Below, in pieces: positions 18,580 through 28,355 of a stretch of 64,000 nucleotides of DNA. Below the pieces are notes generated by a model. That model saw nothing but the letters and a program-made list of their open reading frames with translations, ran no database searches and was not told the origin of the DNA. Positions within the stretch are counted from its first letter, which is position 1. Each line of letters starts with the position of its first letter. Source of the stretch: Acidobacteriota bacterium (GTDB lineage: Bacteria > Acidobacteriota > UBA890 > WLXD01); the NCBI GenBank assembly GCA_012103255.1, contig WLXD01000003.1:14576-78575 (forward strand). The letters run 5' to 3'. The translations under genes and the position numbers were made by a program.

Positions 18580-19419
18580 ATGGATATGCGCTCCCTACGT
18601 CCGCTTCCCCTTTGTGCGTTCGCACTGCTCTTCGTGATTGGCGCCTGCGCCGCCGAGACCCCCGAACCCGCTGCAGAAGCTCCGGCTGCTGAGCCTGCGG
18701 AAGTCGAGGAGATGGCCACGATCGACCCGGCCATCCTCGATCATCCGGCGCGTAGCGATGACAACCGCTACCGCGACGAAGGCTTCAAGCCAGTCGAGGT
18801 TTACGAGTTCTTCGGCATCGAGGAAGGCATGCACGTTGCTGACCTCATGCCGGGCGGTGGCTACAACACCGCGTTGGTCGCGCAGATCGTCGGCGAGACG
18901 GGTCGCGTGAGCGCTGTCATCCGGGCGGTCCCGGGCGGCGAAGCCGAGCGCAATGCCCAGCGACTCGCGGGCTTCGAAGAAGCGATGGCGCCGTTTGGTT
19001 TCACGAACATCGATACCGCGGGTGACCTCAGCGGGATGGCCGACGGTTCGGTCGATCTGCTGCTGACGGTTCGCAGCTACCACGACCTCGGGCTCGCAGC
19101 TGATCGCGTTGCAGCACTACCTGAGTTCCTCCGCATCCTGAAGCCAGGCGGCACGTTCGCGGTGATCGATGCCTACACCAACAAGACCGATGAGCGCGAC
19201 GAGTCGGTACACCGGATCAACGACGACCTCACCCGCGCCGAGATCACCGGCGGCGGCTTCGAGTTCGTCGAGGCTTCGGATCTTCTCGTAAACGCCGACG
19301 ACACCTTCGACTTCGACGGTCGCGAGCGCGCTGGCATGCGCGGAGCCACCGAAGATGCACCGATCCATCGATACTTCACCTATCGCTTTGTCCACAAATA
19401 CCGGAAGCCGTTGCAGTAG
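18580..19419 (+). CDS. exported class I SAM-methyltransferase-like lipoprotein (COG4798-like), copy 1
   Basis: MDMRSLRPLPLCAFALLFVIGAC lipobox, A/E/P-rich linker, Gly-rich motif VADLMPGGGYNT, later LKPGGTFAVID. The ATG at 18586 has the better SD spacing. The ORF-track start at 18388 overlaps the ferritin gene and is rejected. Confidence 0.6.
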   Translation: MDMRSLRPLPLCAFALLFVIGACAAETPEPAAEAPAAEPAEVEEMATIDPAILDHPARSDDNRYRDEGFKPVEVYEFFGIEEGMHVADLMPGGGYNTALVAQIVGETGRVSAVIRAVPGGEAERNAQRLAGFEEAMAPFGFTNIDTAGDLSGMADGSVDLLLTVRSYHDLGLAADRVAALPEFLRILKPGGTFAVIDAYTNKTDERDESVHRINDDLTRAEITGGGFEFVEASDLLVNADDTFDFDGRERAGMRGATEDAPIHRYFTYRFVHKYRKPLQ

Positions 19420-19469
19420 CGGCTTACTCGGCCGGTCACCGTGCTACTGCATCCCCTGAGGAGAACATC

Positions 19470-20264
19470 TTGAAAGAACAACTTCGCTTGATCGCCCTGG
19501 GCGCCACCTTCGCGGTGGCCCTCGTGGCTGTCGGCTGCGGCGCCGCCGAAGAAGAGGCTCCGGCCGAAGCTCCGGCGCCGGCGGAAGAGCCCGCAGAAGA
19601 GCCGATGGACGTCCTTGCCGATCCGACGCGGCCGGCCGCTGAGCTCGAACAGGACGCCGACCGCAAGGCCCTCGACGTATACGAGTTCCTTGGCGTGCAA
19701 GACGGCATGACCGTCGCTGACGTCTGGGCTTCGGGTGGCTACAACACTCACCTGCTCTCGCGCGTCAACGCCGGTGGCCAGGTCTACGCCATCCTGGGCT
19801 TCTACGCCGAAGGCAACTTCGCGTCCAAGGACGCCCTGGCGCAGCGCATCGTCGACGCGTCACTCGACAACGTTGAAATGGTCGATGGGATCACTGATGT
19901 TCCGGCCGATTCCGTCGACGTTTCGATCGCGATCCGCAACTTCCACGACGCGGACGACTACGGCGACGGCCGCGAGGCCACGGTTCAGCAACTCTTCGCG
20001 ATCACGAAGCCCGGTGGCATCGTAGGTGTCGTGGACGTGGCCACTCCGCATGAGGGCTGGCACGAAGAGACGCACCGTCTCGCCGAGCAGGCCGTCATCG
20101 ACAACTTCACGGCCGGCGGCTTCGTGCTCCTCGAGAGCTCGGACATGCTGCGCAACCCGGACGACGACGCTTCGACGAGCGGGTTCGAGCCGGAGTTTGG
20201 CGGACGCTATAAGGCCGACCGCTATCTCCTGAAGTTCCAGAAGCCGGAAGCCTCCGACAGCTAG
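19470..20264 (+). CDS. exported class I SAM-methyltransferase-like lipoprotein (COG4798-like), copy 2
   Basis: TTG start 7 nt after GAGGAG. MKEQLRLIALGATFAVALVAVGC lipobox, A/E/P linker, VADVWASGGYNT, TKPGGIVGVVD. Clear paralog of 18580..19419. Confidence 0.6.
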   Translation: MKEQLRLIALGATFAVALVAVGCGAAEEEAPAEAPAPAEEPAEEPMDVLADPTRPAAELEQDADRKALDVYEFLGVQDGMTVADVWASGGYNTHLLSRVNAGGQVYAILGFYAEGNFASKDALAQRIVDASLDNVEMVDGITDVPADSVDVSIAIRNFHDADDYGDGREATVQQLFAITKPGGIVGVVDVATPHEGWHEETHRLAEQAVIDNFTAGGFVLLESSDMLRNPDDDASTSGFEPEFGGRYKADRYLLKFQKPEASDS

Positions 20265-20881
20265 GCTGCCGCTTCGACTTCCTCGCTGTCCGCGTCGGCG
20301 TTCTCGGGCTCGGGAACGCCGGCGTGGAGGCGGAGAAGAATCTCGCCGTAGGCCCGCAGGTCACCGCTACCTGCCTTGCCGTCGAGCACTTCGTGCAGAC
20401 GCGTTGCCACGGTTTCGAGATTAACCTGCTCGCCATCATCGATGACGACGAGTTTCCCCTTAGGAGATGCTCCCGCACCGAGACGCGCCAGCTTCGCGGG
20501 TGTTAGCAGGTACGCCAAGGTCTGTGGGTGGGCCCGGAAGGCACCGAGCCGTTCACGCGGATCGCCATAGCTGCGGCGGCCGTTGTGAAAAGTTGCGGCG
20601 GACGGCGGCGAAAAATCGCTGTAGGCGTCACTCACCATATCGGCGAGATGATCCCCACGCCGATTCGATACCAGCAAGCGCGCAACCTGGTAGGCGCGGC
20701 GGCGATCGACCTTCGCGGTAATACCGTAGCGCGACGCCTCGGCCTGAGCCTGTGCGACGACTTCGTTCGTCTTCGCCTTCCAGGGACTGAAGGGCGAATG
20801 GGCTCGCCGGAAGTGCGTCAACTGGTCGAAACCGTGGAATGTGACGCCGCGAATCAGCGCGGAAATCAGGTCACTCAACAT
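20261..20881 (-). CDS. hypothetical protein (no recognisable domain)
   Basis: 206-aa ORF with a protein-like composition and an acidic C-terminus. Alternative frames here are Arg/Pro-rich. Confidence 0.45.
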   Translation of the reverse strand: MLSDLISALIRGVTFHGFDQLTHFRRAHSPFSPWKAKTNEVVAQAQAEASRYGITAKVDRRRAYQVARLLVSNRRGDHLADMVSDAYSDFSPPSAATFHNGRRSYGDPRERLGAFRAHPQTLAYLLTPAKLARLGAGASPKGKLVVIDDGEQVNLETVATRLHEVLDGKAGSGDLRAYGEILLRLHAGVPEPENADADSEEVEAAA

Positions 20882-21011
20882 CGTCGTGCTCCTGGAACAA
20901 GCAGTGGCCGCTCACCGGGGCCGGAGTATATGGCCTGATCCGCCAGCCTGCAGCGTCTGCGCGCTGCGGCGACTGGCGTAGCACCACGGCCCGGACTAGC
21001 CTCGCTGACGT

Positions 21012-21971
21012 ATGCATGAATCCCAACTACCGAGCGTCGACGACGTGCGGCAGGCGCAGAATCGAATCGCGCCGCACCTGCACCGCACCCCGTTGGCGCA
21101 TTCCCGAACTCTAAGCGCGATCTCCGGAGTGGAGGTGTGGCTCAAGTGCGAGAACCTGCAGCGCACCGGTTGTTTCAAACCACGCGGTGGGATCAACCGT
21201 CTCGCGACGCTTTCTGCGGAGCAGCAAGCCGCCGGGGTCATCACGATCTCGGCGGGCAACAACGCGCAGGGCATTGCCTTCGCGGCGCGGGCATTGGGAA
21301 TCAACGCCACTCTCGTGATGCCGGAAGGCGCGCCTGCTTCGAAGGTAGCGGCCACGCGGGGCTATGGCGCAGAGGTCGTGCTTCACGGAGACGTTAACGC
21401 GGCGTTCGGAAAGCTTGAAGAGCTTCAGGCGGAGCGCGGGCTCACGATGATCCACCCGTTCGACGACCCGATGCTCATCGCCGGCCACGGCACGGTCGGG
21501 CTGGAAATCGTCGAGGATCTGGCGGACGTCGACGCGGTCGTCTGCGGCATCGGTGGTGGCGGGCTGTCAGGAGGTCTCGGAGTAGCGCTCAGCGAGAGTT
21601 CGGTCCGGGTGTTCGGCGCGGAACCGGAAGGTGCCCCCACGATGACCCGTGCGTTGGCGGCGGGAGAGGCCGTCCGACTCGACACCGTCGAAACAATCGC
21701 CGAAGGCCTGGCGCCGCCATTCGTGGGCGATCTCAACCTGCTCGCCGCGCAGAGGCACGTCGAGTCCGTGGCGATGGTCACGGATGACCAGATTCGCGAG
21801 GCGATGCGACTGCTGCTCGAGCGCACCAAATACGTAGTGGAGCCGTCAGGCGCGGCAGCGCTCGCCGGTTTACTCGGTGGTGCCTTCCCCGTCGCGGGAG
21901 CCAACCGGGTCGTGGTCGTCGTATCCGGCGGCAACGTGGATCTGCACCGCCTGGGCGAACTCCTTGGCTGA
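21012..21971 (+). CDS. PLP-dependent threonine/serine ammonia-lyase (fold type II)
   Basis: LKCENLQRTGCFKPRGGINRL (PLP-lysine region), GNNAQGIAFAARALGINATLVMPEGAP, GIGGGGLSGG glycine loop. Confidence 0.8.
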   Translation: MHESQLPSVDDVRQAQNRIAPHLHRTPLAHSRTLSAISGVEVWLKCENLQRTGCFKPRGGINRLATLSAEQQAAGVITISAGNNAQGIAFAARALGINATLVMPEGAPASKVAATRGYGAEVVLHGDVNAAFGKLEELQAERGLTMIHPFDDPMLIAGHGTVGLEIVEDLADVDAVVCGIGGGGLSGGLGVALSESSVRVFGAEPEGAPTMTRALAAGEAVRLDTVETIAEGLAPPFVGDLNLLAAQRHVESVAMVTDDQIREAMRLLLERTKYVVEPSGAAALAGLLGGAFPVAGANRVVVVVSGGNVDLHRLGELLG

Positions 21972-23967
21972 ACGCTCGCGGACGTATCGCTCTGCGCTGA
22001 TCGGTGCAACCAGCGCCGTCATCCTTCTGGCGCCCAGCTCTGCGGCGGGGCAAGAGCCGCAGGTCGAAGAGGTTGTCACCGTAACCGCAACCCGCCAGCC
22101 GTTCGCCATTTCCGATATCGCGGCCCCTGCTGCCGTAATTCCGGGTTCAACCCTGCGTCGCCATTCGCTCACGGGCATCGACGAAGCGCTCGTTTGGCAG
22201 TCAAGCTTCTCGCTGCTCCGTCGAACGCCTGCCAGGGCCGCACATCCAACCACGCAGGGGCTCAACCTCCGCGGTGTGGCGCCGAGCGGTACGAGTCGCG
22301 CCCTCGTGCTCGTGGACGGGATTCCGTTGACCGACGCTCTCGGCGGCTGGGTCACCTGGTCGAAAGTGCCACCGCTGCTGATCGAAAGCGCAGAGTCGGT
22401 TCCGGGTGGCGCCTCGTCGACGTTCGGCAATCAGGCGCTCGCGGGTGCGTTGCAGTTCCGGACACGGCAGCCGCCTCTCAACTTCGAGGCCGCCGGCACT
22501 GCCGCGCTCGGCGAACTCGGCACCCAACGCGCGGGATTCGTGACGGGTGGCGCAGGCGGAGATATCAAGCTCCTGGCCGCTGTCGACATCTTCCATACCT
22601 CGGGGTACGTCGCCACAGCACCCGAAGACGCCGGAAGCATCGACACCAACGTGGGGAGTCGTCACGCCACGGGCGCGCTCCGCGCGACGCTAGGCGGCGC
22701 GACCCTGGGCCTGGACTACACCGATGAGGCACGGCGCAATGGCACACCCGCGCGAGTGAACTCCACCGAAGCCTGGGGGGTGCACGGCCGCTGGTCATTT
22801 GGCGCGCCGACCTCCGGCGGTCAACTGACGGGCGCGTACCGCGACCAGAGGTTCGACAGTGTCTTCTCGAGCGTGGCCGCGGATCGCGAGTCGGAGACCC
22901 CCGTCCTCGATCAACGGGTCGACTCGACCGACGTCGTCCTTGCCGGGAACTGGTGGCGAGCGACGTCGAGCGGGCTCAATCTGGGAGCCGGCGCGGACTG
23001 GCGGCGTGTGGAAGGCACGAGTGAGGAGCAGGTGCTCCTTGCCGGATTCACACGTACACCCGGAGGAGGGCAGCGGGTCGGCGGCGGCTACGCGGCGGCA
23101 CAGTGGATTGGCGGGGACGTCGCGCTGGAGGGCGCCCTACGTGTAGACGGCTGGACGAACGAACCCAACGACGACACGGATCCGCGTTCGCTCACGGAGG
23201 TCTCTCCGCGGGCCGGCATCGTGTGGCACGCGGCGCCCGACTGGACGCTCAGGGCATCAGCCTACCGCTCCTTCCGGGCTCCGACGCTCAACGAGTTATA
23301 TCGGCAGTTCCGGGTCGGCAACGTCGTCACGCGGGCCAACGCCTCACTCACGCAGGAGCGTCTGCGAGGCGTCGAGGCAGGCGCGGAGTTCGACAGCCAG
23401 CTCGGCTCGGCCTCAATCACGGTGCGTGGCCACGCCTACCTCAATCAGCTCGAGGATGCCGTGATCAACGCCACGATCGGCAGTGCCGGAAGCCTGGTGC
23501 TACGGCAGCGCGCCAATCTGGGCGAAGCCACGGTGCGCGGCGTCGAGCTCGGCGTTGGCCTCGGCTGGTCTGAGTTCGCCATCAAGGGCAACGCTACCTT
23601 CATCGACAGCCGGATCGACGCCGACGTCCCCGGCGGTCCGGTCTCCACCGTTGGGAACCGTCTACCTCAGGTGCCGAACTACCGCGCGACCATCGCTGGC
23701 ATCTGGCAGGGCCAGAGCTGGTCCGCTGATCTGGCGGTGCATGCCACCGGTGAACAGTTCGAGGACGACCGCAACGAGATCGCGCTGGCCTCGGGCATCA
23801 CCTTGGACGCAGGTGTGCGATGGGCCCTCCGGCCCGGGTGGGAGGTGGCGCTCACGGCCCAGAATGTGCTGAACCGACGAGTAGAGGTCGCCCGCACGTC
23901 CGTTCTCGCGCTGGGGCCGCCCCGGACACTGGCGCTCCAACTCGCCTGGGAAACCGGGGCACGCTAG
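21964..23967 (+). CDS. TonB-dependent receptor
   Basis: Signal ...ILLAPSSAAGQE, plug VVTVTATRQPFAISDIAAPAAVIPGSTLR and LNLRGVAPSGTSRALVLVDGIPLTD, then a long beta-barrel. An in-frame TTG at 21964 overlaps the upstream stop. The ORF-track start at 21877 is the alternative. Confidence 0.8.
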   Translation: MAERSRTYRSALIGATSAVILLAPSSAAGQEPQVEEVVTVTATRQPFAISDIAAPAAVIPGSTLRRHSLTGIDEALVWQSSFSLLRRTPARAAHPTTQGLNLRGVAPSGTSRALVLVDGIPLTDALGGWVTWSKVPPLLIESAESVPGGASSTFGNQALAGALQFRTRQPPLNFEAAGTAALGELGTQRAGFVTGGAGGDIKLLAAVDIFHTSGYVATAPEDAGSIDTNVGSRHATGALRATLGGATLGLDYTDEARRNGTPARVNSTEAWGVHGRWSFGAPTSGGQLTGAYRDQRFDSVFSSVAADRESETPVLDQRVDSTDVVLAGNWWRATSSGLNLGAGADWRRVEGTSEEQVLLAGFTRTPGGGQRVGGGYAAAQWIGGDVALEGALRVDGWTNEPNDDTDPRSLTEVSPRAGIVWHAAPDWTLRASAYRSFRAPTLNELYRQFRVGNVVTRANASLTQERLRGVEAGAEFDSQLGSASITVRGHAYLNQLEDAVINATIGSAGSLVLRQRANLGEATVRGVELGVGLGWSEFAIKGNATFIDSRIDADVPGGPVSTVGNRLPQVPNYRATIAGIWQGQSWSADLAVHATGEQFEDDRNEIALASGITLDAGVRWALRPGWEVALTAQNVLNRRVEVARTSVLALGPPRTLALQLAWETGAR

Positions 23968-24088
23968 CCGGCCGCAGGCCGATCGCTGCACGACCACTGA
24001 CCGGGACCTCGCGACCACCCACCGGATGGCGTCACCACCCATCGGGAGCCGGCTTGTGGTGCCAACGGGCTGACGCTACTTTGCCCCC

Positions 24089-25042
24089 ATGAATAACAAC
24101 GCGGTGGTGCGGACTCAGAAACTGGTTAAGGAGTTCGACGGCGTGCGCGCCGTGAAGGAACTCGACCTCGTGATCCCCGCGGGCAGTATCTTCGGCCTTC
24201 TCGGACCCAACGGTTCGGGCAAGACCACGACGATCCGAACGTGCCTGGGCGTCTACATCCCCGATAGCGGCTCCATCGAGTTGCTCGGTAACAGCGACCC
24301 CCTCGCCGTACGTGACCGCGTCGGATATCTCCCCGAGGAACGCGGCCTGTATCCCAAGATGCAGGTTCAAGAACAGCTCGCCTTTCTGGCGAGTATTCGC
24401 GGCATGAGCCATCGCGAGGCCAACGGCCGCGCGGCCTACTGGCTCGACCGTCTGGGACTGGCCGATCGCGCCAAGTCCGCGACCGAGGAATTCTCGAAGG
24501 GCATGCAGCAGAAGGTGCAGTTCGCGGCGTCCGTGATCCACGAGCCGGAGGTGGTCGTCCTTGACGAACCGTTCACCGGGTTGGATCCGGTGAACACGCG
24601 CCTGCTGAAGGAACTAATCCTGGAGCTTCGTGACAACGGCTGCACGGTCATCCTGTCGACCCACCGAATGGAACAGGTCGAGGCCATGTGCGAAGAGATC
24701 GCGCTGATCCATCAGGGCGAACTGGTACTCCGCGGGGGCGTCCAGGAGGTTCGGGCGCAGTCCGGAAGCAACACACTGGCCATCGAGTACGAGGGCGCAC
24801 CGGGCTCCCTCGACAACTTACCCGGTGTCACCCAGGTTCACGATTCTGGGCGATCGGCACGGCTACAACTTGAAGCCGATGCCGACACGCAACAAATCGC
24901 GCGCGCTCTATTTGATCGCGTTCACCTCCACGCGTTCTCAACGGAACAGCCATCGATCGAGGAGATCTTCCTGGCCCACGTCGGCCACGGCGACGTGACC
25001 ATTAGCGAAACCGGTGAACTGGTCGAGGAGGTGGCGTCATGA
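24089..25042 (+). CDS. ABC transporter ATP-binding protein (ABC-2/NatA-like)
   Basis: Walker A GPNGSGKTTT, signature FSKGMQQKVQFAAS, Walker B VVVLDEPFTGLD. Confidence 0.85.
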   Translation: MNNNAVVRTQKLVKEFDGVRAVKELDLVIPAGSIFGLLGPNGSGKTTTIRTCLGVYIPDSGSIELLGNSDPLAVRDRVGYLPEERGLYPKMQVQEQLAFLASIRGMSHREANGRAAYWLDRLGLADRAKSATEEFSKGMQQKVQFAASVIHEPEVVVLDEPFTGLDPVNTRLLKELILELRDNGCTVILSTHRMEQVEAMCEEIALIHQGELVLRGGVQEVRAQSGSNTLAIEYEGAPGSLDNLPGVTQVHDSGRSARLQLEADADTQQIARALFDRVHLHAFSTEQPSIEEIFLAHVGHGDVTISETGELVEEVAS

Positions 25043-26313
25043 ACTTCCAGAAGGTCTACGCCGTAGCGCGCCGCGAGTACATCGCGCGGGTGCGCAACAA
25101 GTGGTTCGTCATCATCACGCTGCTCTTCCCTGTCTTGATGGCCGCGCCGGTCTTCATCGGGAGCCTGATTCAGCGGGCGGATGTGGACGAGGTTCGTATC
25201 GCCATCGTCGACGTCGGTACAGGACAGGCCAGCGCGATCCAGGCAGAATTCGAAACCATCGAGTCGTTCGCGCTGACGATATCCGGCTCGGAGACGTTGT
25301 CTGCGTCGGAGTACGAATCGCGGCGCGAGTCGATGCGCCAGGCAGTGCTGGATGAAGAGATTGACGGGTACGTGCTCATCGAGCCCGATGAGGAACTGGG
25401 TATCCGTGGCCGCTATCTCGCACGAGAGACCGGCAATCTGGTGATCCTCGGCACGCTGGAAAATCGCGTGCGAAGAGTCGCTCTGGAGAATTATCTGGCC
25501 GGATCAGGGCTTGAAACAGATCGCGTGAACGCGCTCGTGAGCTGGGATCTCGAAACCACGACGATTTCGGCCGAGGGTGACGAGGACGGTGGCTTCGAGC
25601 GTGCCTACTTCACAACGTTCATCCTCGCGATGGTGCTCTACATCACCGTGCTGATGGCCGGGCAGCAGATGGGCAATTCGATCATCGAGGAGAAGTCTTC
25701 ACGACTCATCGAGCTCGTGCTCGGGGCGGTTACAGCCGCGGAGTTCATGGCGGGCAAGATTCTGGGCGTGCTCTCCACAGCGCTTACCCAACTCGCCGCA
25801 TGGTTCGGCCTCGTAATGTTGATCTCGCTCTACATCATGCCGGCGCTGGCGATCGGCTCGGACATGGGCGACCTCAACATCATGGAGTTCTTCGACGCCG
25901 GTCTGCTGTTCTACTTCACGATCCTTTTCCTGCTCGGCTATGTCTTCTACTCGGTGCTGTACGCGGTCGCCGCGTCGACCTGCTCGACGATGGAAGACTT
26001 CCAGCAGATGGCTTTCCCGTTGATGATGCCGGTGATGCTGAGCTTCTTCTTCGTGTTCTACGTGATCACGAACCCGGCGGCCACGATCTCGCGCATCGTC
26101 AGCTTGTTCCCGCCGGCTACACCTCTGGTGATGCTGGCGCGGATCAATGTGCTCCGGCCACCGCTGTGGGAAATCTGGCTCGGGATCGGCCTGCTGGTGC
26201 TGGCAACGATCGCCGCTGTGTGGGTCTCAGCCAAGGTATTCCGCTTCACGCTCTTGATGTCCGGCAAGCGCCCGTCGATCGGTACGATGGTCCGGATGTT
26301 CCGGGCGGCGTGA
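25039..26313 (+). CDS. ABC-2 family permease (NatB-like)
   Basis: ATGA overlap with the ATPase gene. N-terminal TM, large extracytoplasmic loop, five C-terminal TMs. Confidence 0.75.
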   Translation: MNFQKVYAVARREYIARVRNKWFVIITLLFPVLMAAPVFIGSLIQRADVDEVRIAIVDVGTGQASAIQAEFETIESFALTISGSETLSASEYESRRESMRQAVLDEEIDGYVLIEPDEELGIRGRYLARETGNLVILGTLENRVRRVALENYLAGSGLETDRVNALVSWDLETTTISAEGDEDGGFERAYFTTFILAMVLYITVLMAGQQMGNSIIEEKSSRLIELVLGAVTAAEFMAGKILGVLSTALTQLAAWFGLVMLISLYIMPALAIGSDMGDLNIMEFFDAGLLFYFTILFLLGYVFYSVLYAVAASTCSTMEDFQQMAFPLMMPVMLSFFFVFYVITNPAATISRIVSLFPPATPLVMLARINVLRPPLWEIWLGIGLLVLATIAAVWVSAKVFRFTLLMSGKRPSIGTMVRMFRAA

Positions 26314-26359
26314 CCGGACTGCATCACCTGATGGCAGTGGTAAGGTAGCGGCCATTCGA

Positions 26360-26384
26360 GCCGGCGCGCACCACGCGCGCCGGC
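26360..26384 (+). terminator. GC-rich hairpin (GCCGGCGCGC-ACCAC-GCGCGCCGGC), candidate terminator
   Basis: Perfect 10-bp stem with a 5-nt loop, 47 nt after the permease stop. There is no clear U-tract (only ...ACTTTCC), so it may be Rho-dependent or merely structural. Confidence 0.35.
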
Positions 26385-26413
26385 CGCCGCACCACTTTCC
26401 GAGGCACAGAGGG

Positions 26414-26761
26414 TTGACGCGAAAGACCCCACGACTGCCGTGGATTTTCGTTGACGGGGCGACGCAAGAGTCGTTCCGCATTCGTCTCGACCTGCCCTCG
26501 TGGGATCCCCCCGATGAGGGCGACGACCAGGACGAAGCGCTCTGCGCCTACCACGTCACTGCCGACGACGGCGACGTCTTCGCGCTGCAGTTGCAGATCT
26601 CGGGCGAGATCCTCGGCGACAACGAGATTCGTGACCTCACCGCACTGATGACCCTCGTTCAGAGCAAGGGCGTCGAGATCATCGAAGGCGCGATCCACAA
26701 CGGCATCCGCGGTGACCGCCAACTGGTGTGGGATCCCGACGGAGTATCCGTTGTCCGGTAA
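26414..26761 (+). CDS. small acidic hypothetical protein
   Basis: TTG start. Codon third positions are overwhelmingly G/C in this frame. No recognisable domain. The antisense ORF 26324..26722 is rejected. Confidence 0.45.
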   Translation: MTRKTPRLPWIFVDGATQESFRIRLDLPSWDPPDEGDDQDEALCAYHVTADDGDVFALQLQISGEILGDNEIRDLTALMTLVQSKGVEIIEGAIHNGIRGDRQLVWDPDGVSVVR

Positions 26762-26767
26762 CGCGCC

Positions 26768-27463
26768 CTAGCAGCCTAGAAGATCCGCGACTTCCGCAAG
26801 GCTTCGCACCCGATTCTCCGGTGTGACCGCGGAAGCGGGAGTGGCGCCGCCCTGCTCGCCGCCACGGCGATCAACCCATAGGCAGCTGATCCCGAGTTGC
26901 ATGACAGGTGCCAGATCGTGGAACAGGCTCTGGGCTACGTGGAGCAGTCGACCCTCCGGCGCGTTCACGCGTTCGAGCAACGTCTCGAAATTGCGCAACG
27001 CCGGCTTGTAGCTGCCCACTTGCTGGGCGGTAACCACAGGCTCGAACTCGACGCCTAGATGTTTCGAAGTGCCGGCAAACAAGTCGTCGTCGATGTTCGA
27101 CAGGATCCCGAGCCGATACCGGCCAGCGAGCCGCTGCAGCGCGGCCACCGTGTCTGGGAACACCGGCCAGTCGGGCAGCGAGTCCGCGAGCATTCCGCGC
27201 TGTGCGGAATCAACCCGCGCGTCGAATTCCCCGGCGATACCGTCAACGACAGTCGCAAGAACGTCGCGGTAGCTCCGGTACTCGCCTTCCTCCGCGCCTG
27301 ACTCGTGGCGGGCAAATCGAGCTAGGAGATCGCTGCGGTCGACCGGTCCGGCAATCGGCTGAAAGAGCGCCTCGAGCGCATCTCCCAGACCGGTTTCCCA
27401 GTCCACCAGCGTCCCATAGCAGTCGAACGTCAAAATCTCGTATGCCTCAGGTTCGATTTGCAT
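26768..27463 (-). CDS. HAD-superfamily hydrolase (haloacid dehalogenase type II-like)
   Basis: Motif I FDCYGTLVDW, motif II ILSNID, later YKP and the C-terminal HAD motifs. ATG at 27463 (MQIEPEAY) follows GGGAGA. Confidence 0.7.
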   Translation of the reverse strand: MQIEPEAYEILTFDCYGTLVDWETGLGDALEALFQPIAGPVDRSDLLARFARHESGAEEGEYRSYRDVLATVVDGIAGEFDARVDSAQRGMLADSLPDWPVFPDTVAALQRLAGRYRLGILSNIDDDLFAGTSKHLGVEFEPVVTAQQVGSYKPALRNFETLLERVNAPEGRLLHVAQSLFHDLAPVMQLGISCLWVDRRGGEQGGATPASAVTPENRVRSLAEVADLLGC

Positions 27464-27556
27464 CGCGTGTCTCCCACGAGTTGATGGCACTGGACGGGCG
27501 AACAGCCCCGCGCCGATGATATATTCGACCCGGCCGCACCCACTCCCCCATCTCAG

Positions 27557-28291
27557 ATGAAGACCGTGCCTAACTCCTTGCGCATCTTACGACTGGCTCT
27601 CGCTTCCGCTCTGATTGCCTCGCTCTACGTTGCCGCCCCCGCGGCGGCGCAGACGCAAGAACTGATCGTCTACCTCATCGACCATCAGTTCGTGTCAGAC
27701 ACGGAAATGGCCACGATCCAAGATGAGATCGGCGCGATCTTCCATGCCCAGGCGGGAGTCGATATCCGCTGGGTGCTCGATGATTCGCCCCGCCGCCAGC
27801 TCGGCAACAACGAACTTCGATTCCTGATCCTGGCGTCGGACGGCACGCGATGGTTCCACGGCCCGTCCAACGTGATCGGCCTGGCGCCGCACGATGACTC
27901 TGGTGTCGGCCGCAACTGCTTCGTCTTCTACCGCCAGGCGCTCTGGTTCCGCCAGCAGGCGGTGCTGCGTTGCCGCGAAGCCACGCGCGCACGCACCCAG
28001 GCACTGTCGGCCGGTGTCGCTGTCGATCCGAGCATTGACGATCTCGCTCCTGCAGAGTGCGGCGAATATCTCCCTTCACTCACCCCGATGGTCGTGGCTC
28101 GCGCGGCAGCCCACGAAATGGTGCACATCCTGCTCAACAAGCTGGATCACTCCGAGGGCAGCCTGATGCGGAAGTCATTCGACATCAAGGAATGGCTCGA
28201 AGGCGACCAGGTGTCGTTCCGCCTCCTCCCCGAGGAAATCACGGCCCTGCAGGACCTCCTCACGCCAGTCGCCACGACCCCAGCGCGCTGA
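27557..28291 (+). CDS. exported hypothetical protein with HExxH motif (putative metallopeptidase)
   Basis: Signal MKTVPNSLRILRLALASALIASLYVAAPAAAQ. AAAHEMVHILLNKLDH followed by SLM. The third-His spacing is not canonical metzincin. Confidence 0.45.
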   Translation: MKTVPNSLRILRLALASALIASLYVAAPAAAQTQELIVYLIDHQFVSDTEMATIQDEIGAIFHAQAGVDIRWVLDDSPRRQLGNNELRFLILASDGTRWFHGPSNVIGLAPHDDSGVGRNCFVFYRQALWFRQQAVLRCREATRARTQALSAGVAVDPSIDDLAPAECGEYLPSLTPMVVARAAAHEMVHILLNKLDHSEGSLMRKSFDIKEWLEGDQVSFRLLPEEITALQDLLTPVATTPAR

Positions 28292-28355
28292 TCGCAAATC
28301 CTCCTGCGCTTCGGTTGTAGTGAGGAGATGATCACTAACCTGGAGACCATGGCGC

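Noticed and set aside
26324-26722. 132-aa minus-strand ORF overlapping the small acidic protein gene
   Set aside because: The plus-strand frame has strong G/C third-position bias and a protein-like composition. The minus-strand product does not.
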